This document shows, in pieces, positions 41,826 to 52,247 of a stretch of DNA of 64,000 bases. Under the pieces are notes generated by a model that did not search any database, was not told the DNA's origin, and saw nothing but the letters and a program-made list of their open reading frames with translations. The stretch spans positions 27,029-91,028 of the forward strand of contig CACLXL010000003.1 in the NCBI GenBank assembly GCA_902610975.1, written 5' to 3'. This DNA is from an uncultured Pelagibacteraceae bacterium. GTDB lineage: Bacteria > Pseudomonadota > Alphaproteobacteria > Pelagibacterales > Pelagibacteraceae. Position numbers and translations under genes: made by a program. Every line of letters begins with the position of its first letter. The stretch's first letter is position 1.

Positions 41826-42098
41826 ATGTTTGAAAACTTAGAACAATTAATCAAAACAATCAGAGAGAGAAAAAATTCTTCTCCAGATAAGTCTTATACT
41901 AATAAACTTTTGAACGATAAAGACCTAAGTGTTGCAAAAGTAAAAGAGGAAATAGGCGAATTAATAGAATCTGTGGAAAAAAACTCAAATAAGATACACG
42001 AAGCTGCTGATGTGGTTTATCATTTGATGGTTTACTTAGAGGCTAACAATATAAAAATTGAAGATGTGATGAGCGAACTTAAGAAAAGACATAAATGA
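41826..42098 (+). CDS. hisE: Phosphoribosyl-ATP diphosphatase
   Basis: SYT, KVKEE and EAADVVYH motifs. Confidence 0.92.
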   Translation: MFENLEQLIKTIRERKNSSPDKSYTNKLLNDKDLSVAKVKEEIGELIESVEKNSNKIHEAADVVYHLMVYLEANNIKIEDVMSELKKRHK

Positions 42099-42451
42099 GT
42101 TACAATAAAAATAATATTTTTGCTAAAATTCTGAGAGGAGAAATCCCTTGTAAAAAAGTTTATGAAAATGATCATGTTTTAGCTTTTCATGATATTAATC
42201 CTCAAAAGAAAATACATGTGTTAGTTATTCCTAAAGGTGAATACGTTGATCTTGATGATTTCAACAGCAAAGCTTCAGATAAAGAGATTGTAGAGTTAAA
42301 TAAAGCAGTAACGTATGTCGCAAACTTGATGGGTGCAAAAGATAAAGGATATCGAGCTTTAACTAATATTGGAAGTGATGGAGGACAGGAGGTGCCTCAC
42401 TTACACTTTCATATATTTGCAGGTGAAAAGATCGGGAAGATGGTAAGTTGA
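42095..42451 (+). CDS. Histidine triad nucleotide-binding protein
   Basis: IFAKILRGEIP and QEVPHLHFH motifs. Confidence 0.94.
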   Translation: MSYNKNNIFAKILRGEIPCKKVYENDHVLAFHDINPQKKIHVLVIPKGEYVDLDDFNSKASDKEIVELNKAVTYVANLMGAKDKGYRALTNIGSDGGQEVPHLHFHIFAGEKIGKMVS

Positions 42452-42957
42452 TGGTTTCAAGAGTAAAACGATATTTTTTAGAAATTAAAGATTTTTCAAA
42501 AACAGTTGATTTAAATCTTCCAGAAAATTTTCAAATCATTTTAGATGATAAAGAAAATTTCCACTTAAACAGATTTTTCTACAAACAAATAGGTGTAGAT
42601 CACTATTGGAGAGACAGATTACTTTGGTCTGATAGCGAATGGGTAAAGTATGTTACAAATAAAAATTTAGAAACGCATGTTCTAAAAAAAGGCGAAGATC
42701 TTGTAGGATATTACGAACAAGAATATCACCCTAGATCAAATGAAGTGGAGCTTATCAACCTAGGGGTTTTAAAAGAATTTAGAGGTTTGAAGCTTGGCTC
42801 AACACTTGTAAATCATGCTATTGCTAGTGCATCTAGAAAAAATCCTAGTAGAATGTGGGTTCATACTTGTAGTTTAGACCACAAACACGCTTTACAAAAT
42901 TATAAATCCAAAGGCTTTGAAATTTTTAAAGAAGAAGAAATTGATTTTGTAGCTTAG
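42451..42957 (+). CDS. GNAT family N-acetyltransferase
   Basis: FRGLKLGS and WVHTCSLDH..ALQNYKSKGF motifs. Confidence 0.88.
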   Translation: MVSRVKRYFLEIKDFSKTVDLNLPENFQIILDDKENFHLNRFFYKQIGVDHYWRDRLLWSDSEWVKYVTNKNLETHVLKKGEDLVGYYEQEYHPRSNEVELINLGVLKEFRGLKLGSTLVNHAIASASRKNPSRMWVHTCSLDHKHALQNYKSKGFEIFKEEEIDFVA

Positions 42958-43511
42958 TTTATTTTAGGTACTTTAAAGGTGCCTCTTTTATAAGAGTCAT
43001 TTTTAGCAACAATGTTAAGGGAGAAATTTATAATATTGTTGTACTGATCTTTAATCTCCCATCCCTTTAAATCCAGTTTTTTTTTATCAAAAAAAACTGT
43101 AATTTCGTTATCACCAAAATAAACAAGCTTAATTATTTGATCAGTTGACTTTAATTCACCTGATTGCACTATTTCTAAAAGTTTATCTTTATATAAAATA
43201 TTTAAGAATGGAGATTTTGAAATAGGATAATGATAAGTTTTGTTATATCTTTTCTGGGTTATTGCTAATCTCCTATTATTAATAACTAATTCTTTTTCCT
43301 TGTCGTCAAAATAATTGCATTTTAATTTTCCTGGAAACTCTAATAGACACCTACCTTTTTCTTTTTTTTCATTAATTAATTGATCAAATGTAAATTCTAA
43401 AGAATTCAAGCTATTTAATTGAGCAACTATTTGATCTTTACCATTAGCTAACAAACTCGTTGTTATTAATAAAAAAAACGAGAGTGAAAATATTTTTTTA
43501 AAGAACTTCAC
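42954..43511 (-). CDS. lolA: Outer-membrane lipoprotein carrier LolA
   Basis: FTFDQ and PGKLKCNY; downstream of ftsK. Probable GTG start at 43511 (uncertain). Confidence 0.8.
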   Translation of the reverse strand: MKFFKKIFSLSFFLLITTSLLANGKDQIVAQLNSLNSLEFTFDQLINEKKEKGRCLLEFPGKLKCNYFDDKEKELVINNRRLAITQKRYNKTYHYPISKSPFLNILYKDKLLEIVQSGELKSTDQIIKLVYFGDNEITVFFDKKKLDLKGWEIKDQYNNIINFSLNIVAKNDSYKRGTFKVPKIN

Positions 43512-45579
43512 GTTTACCAACATGATTTGCCTTACTAACAATACCTTTTTCTTCCATCATATCAATAATTCTAGCAGCTCTATTGTATCCGATTTGTAAC
43601 TTTCTCTGTAAAAAGCTTGTAGAGGCTTTTCCTTCTGATTTAATAATTTCTACTGCTTGATTAAATAATTCATCCTCATCACTTTCATTTCCTGGATTTA
43701 GTGAGCTTTCTGTTGTTTCTTGGGAAGTAATCTCTTCCATATAATCTGGCTCTCCTTGAGCTCTTAATGAATTAGTAATTTTCTCTATTTCCTGCTCAGA
43801 AACATATGGGCCATGAATTCTAACGATCCTATTTGCAGAAGACATAAACAACATATCTCCTTTACCAAGTAATTGCTCAGCACCTTGCTCCCCTAAAATA
43901 GTTCTACTGTCAATTTTAGAACTTACTTGAAATGATATTCTTGTTGGAAAATTTGCTTTTATAGTACCTGTTATTACATCAACACTTGGTCTCTGCGTAG
44001 CCATGATGATATGAATTCCTGCAGCTCTTGCCATTTGTGATAATTTTTGAATGTAGTTTTCAATTTCTTTTCCAGCTACAAGCATCAAGTCTGACATCTC
44101 GTCAACCACTACAACGATGTAAGGCATTTTAAGTTTATGCTTTGCGTTATAGCCATCAATGTTTCTTACTCCTACTTTGCTCATTAATTTATATCTGCTG
44201 TTCATTTCTTTGACTGTCCAAGATAAAGCTGATGTAGCTTTTTTAGCATCAGTAATAACTGGAGTTAATAAATGAGGTATTCCCTCGTATGTAGATAGCT
44301 CTAACATTTTTGGATCAATTAAAATAAATTTACAAAGATCTGGATTTAGTTTGTAAAGCAGAGAAACAATTATTGTGTTAATACAAACAGACTTTCCCGA
44401 ACCAGTGGTACCAGCGATTAAAAGATGAGGCATCGAAGTTAAATCACCTACAATTGGCATTCCAGAAATACTTTTACCTAATGCAATCGGAAGTCTTACA
44501 TCTTTTTTTTGGAACTTATCATAAGAAATTATTTCTCTTAAAGATACACCTTCTCTTTCCTCGTTTGGAATTTCTATCCCAACAGTGTTTTTTCCTGGGA
44601 TGACGGAAACTCTTGTAGAAGTTGAACTAGTATTTCTTGCTAAATCCTCAGATAAATTAATAATTTTTGATACTTTTACACCAGGCGCTGGTTCAAATTC
44701 ATAAAGGCTCACTACAGGACCATTATTAATTGTTTTAATTTTACCGTCTATACCAAAGTCTAATAATATTTTTTCCATAAAGTCAGCATTAGGACGATTT
44801 TTATTTCCATCAGAACTAAGTTTAGATAAATTTTTTTCTAAATAACTTATATCTGGTAATTTATATTTAGTTTTTGTAGTAACTTGCTCTGTTTTAGAAC
44901 TTGTGTCAGTGTCAAACGAAAAAGATTGCTGTGGTTTTTCTAAAGTCCGTGGCTGATCTTGAATATTAATTTTACTAAAATCTGGTTCAATATTTTTCAA
45001 AGGTTTTCTTCTAAAAAGTGAAATGATTACTGAAAATACTTTTTTATAATTTATATCAGCTGAAAATGAAAAAAAAATTATTGTCAATAAAAGTAGTCCA
45101 TAAATTGAATATGTATTATTAATCCACGGAGCCCAAGTATTAATAAAGTTATATGTTATTTTTCCAACAAAACCTGAATTACCATTATCAATCAACCAAA
45201 AAGAATTATCAAATGTTAAATAGATAAAAACCGTACCTACGGTCAAATAAGCTACAACCAAAAATAATTTTAAAATTATTCTTCTTAACTCTTTTTTTAT
45301 TATCAAATCTAACCCCCAAAATAAAAAGTTAAGCAATAATAAAAAAGAGGCTAAACCAAAACTTTGTAATAAAAAATCTGCAATGCTGCTTCCATAAATA
45401 CCAAAAAAATTCTGAATTTCGAAACTCCTATCCCCATAAACAAATGAAGGATCTTCAGGAGAATATGTTGAAAAGGCGATTGCAAGTGCGACACTTGATA
45501 AAACTAAGATTAAACCTAGTAATTCAAAGGTTCGTTTTTTTAAAAAATTTGTTACACTATCTAAAAAGTTTGTATTCAT
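43498..45579 (-). CDS. ftsK: DNA translocase FtsK
   Basis: N-terminal TM domain, AGTTGSGKS, gamma domain GYNRAA. Confidence 0.97.
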   Translation of the reverse strand: MNTNFLDSVTNFLKKRTFELLGLILVLSSVALAIAFSTYSPEDPSFVYGDRSFEIQNFFGIYGSSIADFLLQSFGLASFLLLLNFLFWGLDLIIKKELRRIILKLFLVVAYLTVGTVFIYLTFDNSFWLIDNGNSGFVGKITYNFINTWAPWINNTYSIYGLLLLTIIFFSFSADINYKKVFSVIISLFRRKPLKNIEPDFSKINIQDQPRTLEKPQQSFSFDTDTSSKTEQVTTKTKYKLPDISYLEKNLSKLSSDGNKNRPNADFMEKILLDFGIDGKIKTINNGPVVSLYEFEPAPGVKVSKIINLSEDLARNTSSTSTRVSVIPGKNTVGIEIPNEEREGVSLREIISYDKFQKKDVRLPIALGKSISGMPIVGDLTSMPHLLIAGTTGSGKSVCINTIIVSLLYKLNPDLCKFILIDPKMLELSTYEGIPHLLTPVITDAKKATSALSWTVKEMNSRYKLMSKVGVRNIDGYNAKHKLKMPYIVVVVDEMSDLMLVAGKEIENYIQKLSQMARAAGIHIIMATQRPSVDVITGTIKANFPTRISFQVSSKIDSRTILGEQGAEQLLGKGDMLFMSSANRIVRIHGPYVSEQEIEKITNSLRAQGEPDYMEEITSQETTESSLNPGNESDEDELFNQAVEIIKSEGKASTSFLQRKLQIGYNRAARIIDMMEEKGIVSKANHVGKREVL

Positions 45580-45633
45580 TACGAATCGATTACGTACTTT
45601 TTACCATTTTATGAAAGCGTTAAAAATTGTTAT

Positions 45634-46743
45634 ATGACAAAACAGAGAATATGCATTGTTGGAGATGGTCTTTCGGGCTTAATGACAGCTGTCTCTTTAG
45701 CTAAAGTGCCTGGTATAGAGGTAAATCTAATAGCTAAAAAAGGCACAAAAAACGTAGATAAAAGGACTACCGCTATTTCAGATATAAATTATAAGTTCAT
45801 TAATCAAAATATTACAAGTTTAGGAAAAAAACTGTTCTGGCCATCGAAAAAAATTGAGCTTTTTTACGAGTCTTCTAAAGAAAAAATAAATTTTTTGAAT
45901 ATCAAAGAAGATAACTTCAATCTTATGTATGTTTTTGAAAATGACAAAGTTAAAAGTTTATTATTGAAAGAAATTTCAAAAAATAAAATTAAAATAATAA
46001 GACAGGATGTAAAAAATTTAGATGAGCTAAAAAATTATGAATTAATAATCCTTTGTTTAGGCGGACAATCTAAAATTTACAATAACATAACAAAAATTAG
46101 ATCCATCAAGAAAGATTATAAAGAAATAGCTATTACAGGATATGTCAAACATAATTTAAAGACGCTCAACACAAGTCAATTCTTTTTAAAAGAAGGCCCA
46201 TTAGCTATACTGCCTTTTTCGCAAAATCATTTCTCTTTTGTATGGAGCGTAAAAAAATCTTTTTTTGAAATTAATTCCAAAAAAATGACAACTTTAGTTA
46301 AAAATAAAATAGAAGAAATATTGAAGAGCAAACAAGATATCACTATTAGTAATATTCAGTCATATCCTATTTTTCTTAGTTTAAGACGACAGTACTATCA
46401 AAAAAATATATTAATTCTCGGTGAAGGTTTACACACAATTCATCCTGTAGCTGGCCAAGGTTTTAATTTAGTTCTAAGGGATATAAAAAAATTAAAAGAA
46501 ATTATTAAATATTATGTGGATTTAGGTATTTCTATAAAAAATAGTTATGCATTAAATGATTTCTATAATAGCAGAAAACCCGAAAATACTATCATGAGTT
46601 TAGGCGTTGATGCTACTCATACGTTCTTTAAACAAAATAAATATTTAGATCCATTCAAAGAAATAATTGTAAAAAATATTAAGAACAACGAAACATTAAA
46701 AAAAGTCAGTAAAATAATCTCTAATCGAGGTTTATCATTTTAA
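45634..46743 (+). CDS. FAD-dependent ubiquinone biosynthesis hydroxylase (UbiH/UbiL family)
   Basis: IVGDGLSG, GPLAILP and HPVAGQGFNL motifs. Confidence 0.88.
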   Translation: MTKQRICIVGDGLSGLMTAVSLAKVPGIEVNLIAKKGTKNVDKRTTAISDINYKFINQNITSLGKKLFWPSKKIELFYESSKEKINFLNIKEDNFNLMYVFENDKVKSLLLKEISKNKIKIIRQDVKNLDELKNYELIILCLGGQSKIYNNITKIRSIKKDYKEIAITGYVKHNLKTLNTSQFFLKEGPLAILPFSQNHFSFVWSVKKSFFEINSKKMTTLVKNKIEEILKSKQDITISNIQSYPIFLSLRRQYYQKNILILGEGLHTIHPVAGQGFNLVLRDIKKLKEIIKYYVDLGISIKNSYALNDFYNSRKPENTIMSLGVDATHTFFKQNKYLDPFKEIIVKNIKNNETLKKVSKIISNRGLSF

Positions 46744-46747
46744 TTCA

Positions 46748-48076
46748 ATGAACATTTATGCGTTATCTTCAGGTAGAGGACCCTCTGGAATAGCTATCGT
46801 TAGAATATCAGGCAGTGAAACACTCAAGATTTGTCAAAATTTGACTAAATCTAAAGATATAAAGTCGAACGAAGTTAATTTTTGTAAGTTCTATAACCCT
46901 TACAATGGTAATGTAATAGATCCGGAGGCTCTATTATTGTGGTTTCCTGGGCCAAATAGCTATACTGGAGATGATCTGGCAGAATTACAAATCCATGGAA
47001 GCAACGCAGTAATAAACGCTTTATTAAGAGTACTTTCCGAGCAAAAAAACTGCAGATTAGCTGAACCAGGTGAGTTCACTAAAATTGCATTTCAAAATGA
47101 TAAAATCGATTTGTTAAAAGCAGAAAGTATAGGAGATCTAATCCATTCCGAGACGGAACTACAAAGACAACAAGCAGTTAAATTAGTTCAGGGTAATGCA
47201 TCAAATTATTATAATGATCTGAGGGAAAAAATAATAAAATCTCTTGCTTTTATAGAAGCAAAAATTGACTTCGCAGAGGAAGAACTTCCAGAAAAAGTAC
47301 TAAAAGATGCACACAAATCAATTAAAGAAATTCATTCAGAAATTACAAAAATAATTGAAGATAATAAAGTTGGAGAAAAAATTAGAGATGGTTTTAGGGT
47401 TTCAATTACAGGAGAAGTTAATGCAGGAAAATCATCATTACTAAATTTACTTTCAAAAAGAGAAGTAGCAATTGTGTCAGATGAGGCTGGTACGACTAGA
47501 GATGTTATAGAAACCTATTTAAATTTGGATGGATACCCTGTAATTCTGGCTGATACTGCTGGTATAAGAGAAGCTAAAAATGAAGTTGAAAAAAAAGGCA
47601 TTTCTTTAGCGTTAGGAAAATCAAAAGAAGCAGATTTAAATATAATAGTCATTGATAATTCGTCAAAAAAAATTAACAAAGAAATACAGAATATGATTAA
47701 TAAAGATACTATAATTTTTTTAAATAAATCAGATTTTTCAGATAAACAAAATCATAAATTTAATGTTGATACAGTTTTAGCTTCAGTAAAAAATAATAAA
47801 AATATCGACAAATTAATAGAGTTGATTAAAGTTAAGTTGAGCAAAAAATTTACATCCAATAATAGCGCTTTAATTACTAGAGAAAGGCACAGAGTTAAGC
47901 TCAATGATTGTTTAAAAGAAATTGATAAGTTTCTTAAAAAGGATCAAAACAAAGATCTCGAATTAGCAGCAGAGGACCTAAGAATGGCCACACGACATCT
48001 TGGTAGTATCGTCGGTAAGGTAGATGTGGAAGAAATACTTGGATCTATATTCAAAGACTTCTGTATTGGTAAATAA
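46748..48076 (+). CDS. mnmE: tRNA modification GTPase MnmE
   Basis: NAGKSS, GTTRD and C-terminal FCIGK. Confidence 0.97.
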   Translation: MNIYALSSGRGPSGIAIVRISGSETLKICQNLTKSKDIKSNEVNFCKFYNPYNGNVIDPEALLLWFPGPNSYTGDDLAELQIHGSNAVINALLRVLSEQKNCRLAEPGEFTKIAFQNDKIDLLKAESIGDLIHSETELQRQQAVKLVQGNASNYYNDLREKIIKSLAFIEAKIDFAEEELPEKVLKDAHKSIKEIHSEITKIIEDNKVGEKIRDGFRVSITGEVNAGKSSLLNLLSKREVAIVSDEAGTTRDVIETYLNLDGYPVILADTAGIREAKNEVEKKGISLALGKSKEADLNIIVIDNSSKKINKEIQNMINKDTIIFLNKSDFSDKQNHKFNVDTVLASVKNNKNIDKLIELIKVKLSKKFTSNNSALITRERHRVKLNDCLKEIDKFLKKDQNKDLELAAEDLRMATRHLGSIVGKVDVEEILGSIFKDFCIGK

Positions 48077-48118
48077 AATACTTCTTGTATTATTAATCTA
48101 GAGGTTTACATTCACAGA

Positions 48119-49987
48119 ATGACAAAACAAAGCTATGATGTAGTAGTTATAGGTGGAGGACACGCTGGATGTGAGGCAGCAGCAGCTTCCGCTAGAATGG
48201 GCGTAAATACTGCCCTTTTTACACATAAAATCGAGACTATAGGGGAAATGTCGTGTAATCCCGCTATAGGAGGACTTGGAAAAGGACATCTTGTTAGAGA
48301 AATTGATGCTTTAGATGGTGTGATGGGTGTCGTAGCTGATAAATCAGGTATTCAATTTAGATTATTAAATAGAAGTCGTGGCCCAGCAGTGCAAGGACCG
48401 AGGACTCAATCAGACAGAGCTCTTTACAAAGAGCATATGCAAAAAATTTTATTAAATTATGAAAATTTAGAGGTTGTAGCCGATCCAGTGGTAAAATTTT
48501 TATTTGATAACAACAAAGTTATAGGATTCGTTTGTCAGAGCGGCAAAGAAATAAAAACTAAAGAACTAATCCTCACTACGGGCACTTTTTTGAATGGTTT
48601 AATACATATAGGTGAAACACAGATACCAGCTGGTCGGTATGATGAAAAACCATCTACCGGTTTAAGTGAACAACTAGCGAAATTTAAAATGCAAATTGGA
48701 AGATTAAAAACTGGAACGCCACCTAGACTAGATGGCGATACAATTAATTATGATGACCTAGAAATGCAGCCTGCTGATGATGATCATTATTATTTTTCTT
48801 TCTTGACGAATAAAATCAATAACAAACAGATTAAATGTGGGATGACTTACACAAATAATGATGTTCATAAAATTATTAGTGAAAACATTTCAAGAAGCGC
48901 TATGTATTCAGGAAACATAAAAGGAGTAGGACCTAGGTATTGTCCATCTATTGAAGATAAAATTGTTAAGTTTAAGGAAAAAGAAAAACATCAAATTTTC
49001 CTAGAACCAGAGGGATTAAAGGACAACACTATTTACCCAAATGGTATATCCACTTCACTTCCAGAGGAGATACAGCTTAAAATATTAAGCAAAATCAAGG
49101 GTTTAGAGCATGTAAAGATGAAGAGGGCTGGTTACGCGATTGAGTATGATTACGTGGATCCAAGGGAGCTAAAGGCAACCTTAGAAACCAAAAAAATCAA
49201 TTCTTTATTTCTTGCTGGCCAAATTAATGGAACTACAGGGTATGAAGAAGCTGCAGCTCAAGGTCTAATAGCAGGCATTAATGCGGCTTTAAAAATTCGA
49301 AACCAAGAGGAGTTTATTTTAGATCGATCAACTTCTTATATTGGTGTTATGATTGATGACCTCATTATTAAGGGAGTTACAGAACCTTATAGAATGTTTA
49401 CATCTAGAGCCGAATATAGATTAACTTTAAGAGCTGATAATGCTGATCAAAGACTAACTGATTTTGGGATCAATTTAAATTTAGTGAAGCCTGAAAGAAA
49501 AAAAATATTTAATGAAAAGAAAAAAAATATTCTTGCTCTTAATTCAATTTTAAAAAATAATTTTTTATCACCTAATCAAGCTAAGAATTATGATATTAAA
49601 ATTGCTATGGATGGAGTAAAAAGATCTTGTTTAGAGATTATGGGTCAGCGAAAAGTAAATATGGTAAAAATAAGGCAAGTTTTTCCTGATATTCCTAGTT
49701 TTCCAAGGCCTATTGAAAATCAAGTTGTAACAGATGCCCATTACATGGGTTATCTGGACAGACAAGATAAAGATATAGAGTCTTTTAAGAAAGATGAGTC
49801 CGTTATTATACCTGAGGGTATAGATTATGAAAAACTGAGCGGTCTATCTAATGAGATTAAGAGCAAGTTGCTTCAAGTGAAGCCTAAAACGTTAGGTCAA
49901 GCCATTCGTATTGATGGCGTTACGCCAGCAGCTATAATTATTCTTCTTTCGCATATTAAAAAACTAAAATATAAAGCTACTGCTTGA
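48119..49987 (+). CDS. mnmG: tRNA uridine modification enzyme MnmG (GidA)
   Basis: [10 protein letters not shown] and [11 protein letters not shown] motifs. Confidence 0.98.
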   Translation: MTKQSYDVVVIGGGHAGCEAAAASARMGVNTALFTHKIETIGEMSCNPAIGGLGKGHLVREIDALDGVMGVVADKSGIQFRLLNRSRGPAVQGPRTQSDRALYKEHMQKILLNYENLEVVADPVVKFLFDNNKVIGFVCQSGKEIKTKELILTTGTFLNGLIHIGETQIPAGRYDEKPSTGLSEQLAKFKMQIGRLKTGTPPRLDGDTINYDDLEMQPADDDHYYFSFLTNKINNKQIKCGMTYTNNDVHKIISENISRSAMYSGNIKGVGPRYCPSIEDKIVKFKEKEKHQIFLEPEGLKDNTIYPNGISTSLPEEIQLKILSKIKGLEHVKMKRAGYAIEYDYVDPRELKATLETKKINSLFLAGQINGTTGYEEAAAQGLIAGINAALKIRNQEEFILDRSTSYIGVMIDDLIIKGVTEPYRMFTSRAEYRLTLRADNADQRLTDFGINLNLVKPERKKIFNEKKKNILALNSILKNNFLSPNQAKNYDIKIAMDGVKRSCLEIMGQRKVNMVKIRQVFPDIPSFPRPIENQVVTDAHYMGYLDRQDKDIESFKKDESVIIPEGIDYEKLSGLSNEIKSKLLQVKPKTLGQAIRIDGVTPAAIIILLSHIKKLKYKATA

Positions 49988-50601
49988 TGCAGCAGCTTGA
50001 AGTCATAAATATTCTCAAAAAGAGTCTTAATTTTAGCGATCACTCAATTGAAAAGCTTAAAAAGTTCACAAATTTGATTTTAAAAGAAAATCAAAATTAT
50101 AATTTAATTGCTAAAAGCACAGAAAATCAAATTTGGCATAGACATATACTTGACTCAGCTCAATTGGTTAAGTTTATTGATTTTAATGTCAATTCTGCGG
50201 CTGATCTTGGCACTGGCGCAGGATTTCCGGGTCTCGTGGTAGATTTATTCAATAAAAATAAGGCTTTTCACGTGAAATTATATGAAAAATCACCAGTAAA
50301 AAGAAGGTTCCTAACGGGTGTAATCAAGGAATTGAGTTTAAATGCAGAGGTTTTAGGAGATGTCAGAGATGAAGTTATAGATTCTGAAATTTTAATGTGC
50401 AGGGCTTTCAAAAAATTAGACTCAATAATACAAGTTTCACGTGAAATAGCGAAAAAACCCCATAAATTAATGATTCTAAAAGGCCAAAATGCACAGAAAG
50501 AAATAAAAAATTCTTTTAAAACAAAAAAATACCCTTATAAATTAGAAAGCAGCATGACAAATAAAGATTCAAAAATAATTTTGATGGAGATTAACAAGTA
50601 A
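49987..50601 (+). CDS. rsmG: 16S rRNA m7G527 methyltransferase RsmG
   Basis: RHILDS and DLGTGAGFPG motifs. Confidence 0.94.
   Translation: MQQLEVINILKKSLNFSDHSIEKLKKFTNLILKENQNYNLIAKSTENQIWHRHILDSAQLVKFIDFNVNSAADLGTGAGFPGLVVDLFNKNKAFHVKLYEKSPVKRRFLTGVIKELSLNAEVLGDVRDEVIDSEILMCRAFKKLDSIIQVSREIAKKPHKLMILKGQNAQKEIKNSFKTKKYPYKLESSMTNKDSKIILMEINK
50264..50279. promoter_or_regulatory. parS centromere-like site 1 (inside rsmG)
   Basis: CTTTTCACGTGAAATT; perfect 12-bp core of consensus TGTTTCACGTGAAACA. Confidence 0.7.
50433..50448. promoter_or_regulatory. parS centromere-like site 2 (inside rsmG)
   Basis: AGTTTCACGTGAAATA; 14/16 match to consensus, just upstream of parA. Confidence 0.82.
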
Positions 50602-51399
50602 ATGTCTTCACCTGTGACTCTAGCGATCATAAATCAGAAAGGTGGCGTGGGAAAAACCACTACTGTTATAAACTTAGCTGCTTCACTGTCCATTATGGGC
50701 CAAAAAAATTTAGTTATTGATTTAGATCCGCAAGGCAATGCAACAACTGGGCTAGGTAAAAACAATAATGATGAAGATAAAAATATTTACAATCTTTTAA
50801 TTAAAAAAACAAATATTGAAAATATAATTCAGAAAACTGATATTAAAAATTTAGATTTAATAGGTTCTCATGTAAATCTCTCTGGTCTCGAATTAGAAAC
50901 TGCAAATGACTCTAACAGAGCATTTGTACTGAAAGAAATTTTGAATTCAAAAAAAGAAGGTTTATTAAAAAAATACGATAATATTTTTATTGACTGTCCA
51001 CCGTCTCTAAGCTTGCTTACTATAATGGCATTAGTTGCCTCAGATGAATTGTTGGTACCACTTCAAACAGAATTTTTTGCATTAGAAGGTATTACTCAAC
51101 TAGTAAAAACAATAGATCGCATAAAAGAAAATTTAAATCCAAGTTTAAAGATTAGAGGTATTTTACTAACAATGTTTGACAAAAGAAATAAACTTTCTTC
51201 TGAGGTTGACAGAGAGGCTAGAAATTATTTTAAAGAAAAAGTATATAAGACTGTTATTCAAAGAAACGTACGTTTATCTGAAGCACCTTCACATGGATTA
51301 CCTTGCGTTGTGTATGACAAAAATTGCGTCGGAAGTAAATCTTATTTTAAATTAGCTGAAGAATTTTTAAAAAAAAATCAAATTGAAAGCGCTGCATGA
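50602..51399 (+). CDS. parA: Chromosome partitioning ATPase ParA
   Basis: NQKGGVGKTTT, DLDPQGN and DCPPSL motifs. Confidence 0.96.
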   Translation: MSSPVTLAIINQKGGVGKTTTVINLAASLSIMGQKNLVIDLDPQGNATTGLGKNNNDEDKNIYNLLIKKTNIENIIQKTDIKNLDLIGSHVNLSGLELETANDSNRAFVLKEILNSKKEGLLKKYDNIFIDCPPSLSLLTIMALVASDELLVPLQTEFFALEGITQLVKTIDRIKENLNPSLKIRGILLTMFDKRNKLSSEVDREARNYFKEKVYKTVIQRNVRLSEAPSHGLPCVVYDKNCVGSKSYFKLAEEFLKKNQIESAA

Positions 51400-52247
51400 A
51401 CATAGGAAAAAAGAAAGGTTTAGGTAGGGGATTATCAGCTTTATTTGGAGACTCTACACCTAAAGAGAAATTACAAGTTTCAAATAACAACATGGTTGCA
51501 ATTGCGGATTTATCCAGGAACCCTTATCAACCAAGACAGAATTTTAAAGAGGAAAAACTTGAAGAATTAGCTAATTCTATAAGGAAAAATGGAATAATTC
51601 AACCAATTGCAGTAAGACCAAAGAAGAATCAAAGTGGCAAGTTTGAAATTGTGGCTGGGGAAAGACGTTGGTTAGCAGCTCAACGAGCTGGTTTGCATGA
51701 GATACCTGTTTCAATCCTTGAGCTAAGCGATGTTGAATCGCTTGAGGTAGCTATTGTTGAGAATATTCAGCGTGATGACTTAAATCCTATTGAAGAGGCA
51801 AAAGGCTATAAAAGGTTAAACGAGGAATTCGATTACGATCATGAAAGTATTTCAAAACTTATGTCTAAAAGCAGAAGTCATGTGAGCAACACTCTTAGAT
51901 TGTTAACTCTTCCTAAAGACGTGATTGGCATGTTGGAGGAGGGCACATTATCTTCTGGTCAAGCAAGACCCCTTATAGGAATTTCTAATGCCTCATCTAT
52001 TGCAGAAGAAATAGTTTCAAAAAACTATAGTGCTAGAAAAGTAGAATATCTAACTAGAAATAAAAAAAATCAAAACAAGGATAAAGTTGTTGATACTAAT
52101 ATAATAAAAGCACAAGAAAGGATTGAGCGTAATTTAGGATTAAAAGTTCATATAAATAATAAAAAGAATAATTCAGGAAAAGTCACTATAGAGTACAAAG
52201 ATTTAGAACAATTTGAATTAATTTCTGATCTTTTGACTAAGAATTAG
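51396..52247 (+). CDS. parB: Chromosome partitioning protein ParB
   Basis: KKGLGRGL, AGERRW and ENIQR motifs. Confidence 0.97.
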   Translation: MNIGKKKGLGRGLSALFGDSTPKEKLQVSNNNMVAIADLSRNPYQPRQNFKEEKLEELANSIRKNGIIQPIAVRPKKNQSGKFEIVAGERRWLAAQRAGLHEIPVSILELSDVESLEVAIVENIQRDDLNPIEEAKGYKRLNEEFDYDHESISKLMSKSRSHVSNTLRLLTLPKDVIGMLEEGTLSSGQARPLIGISNASSIAEEIVSKNYSARKVEYLTRNKKNQNKDKVVDTNIIKAQERIERNLGLKVHINNKKNNSGKVTIEYKDLEQFELISDLLTKN

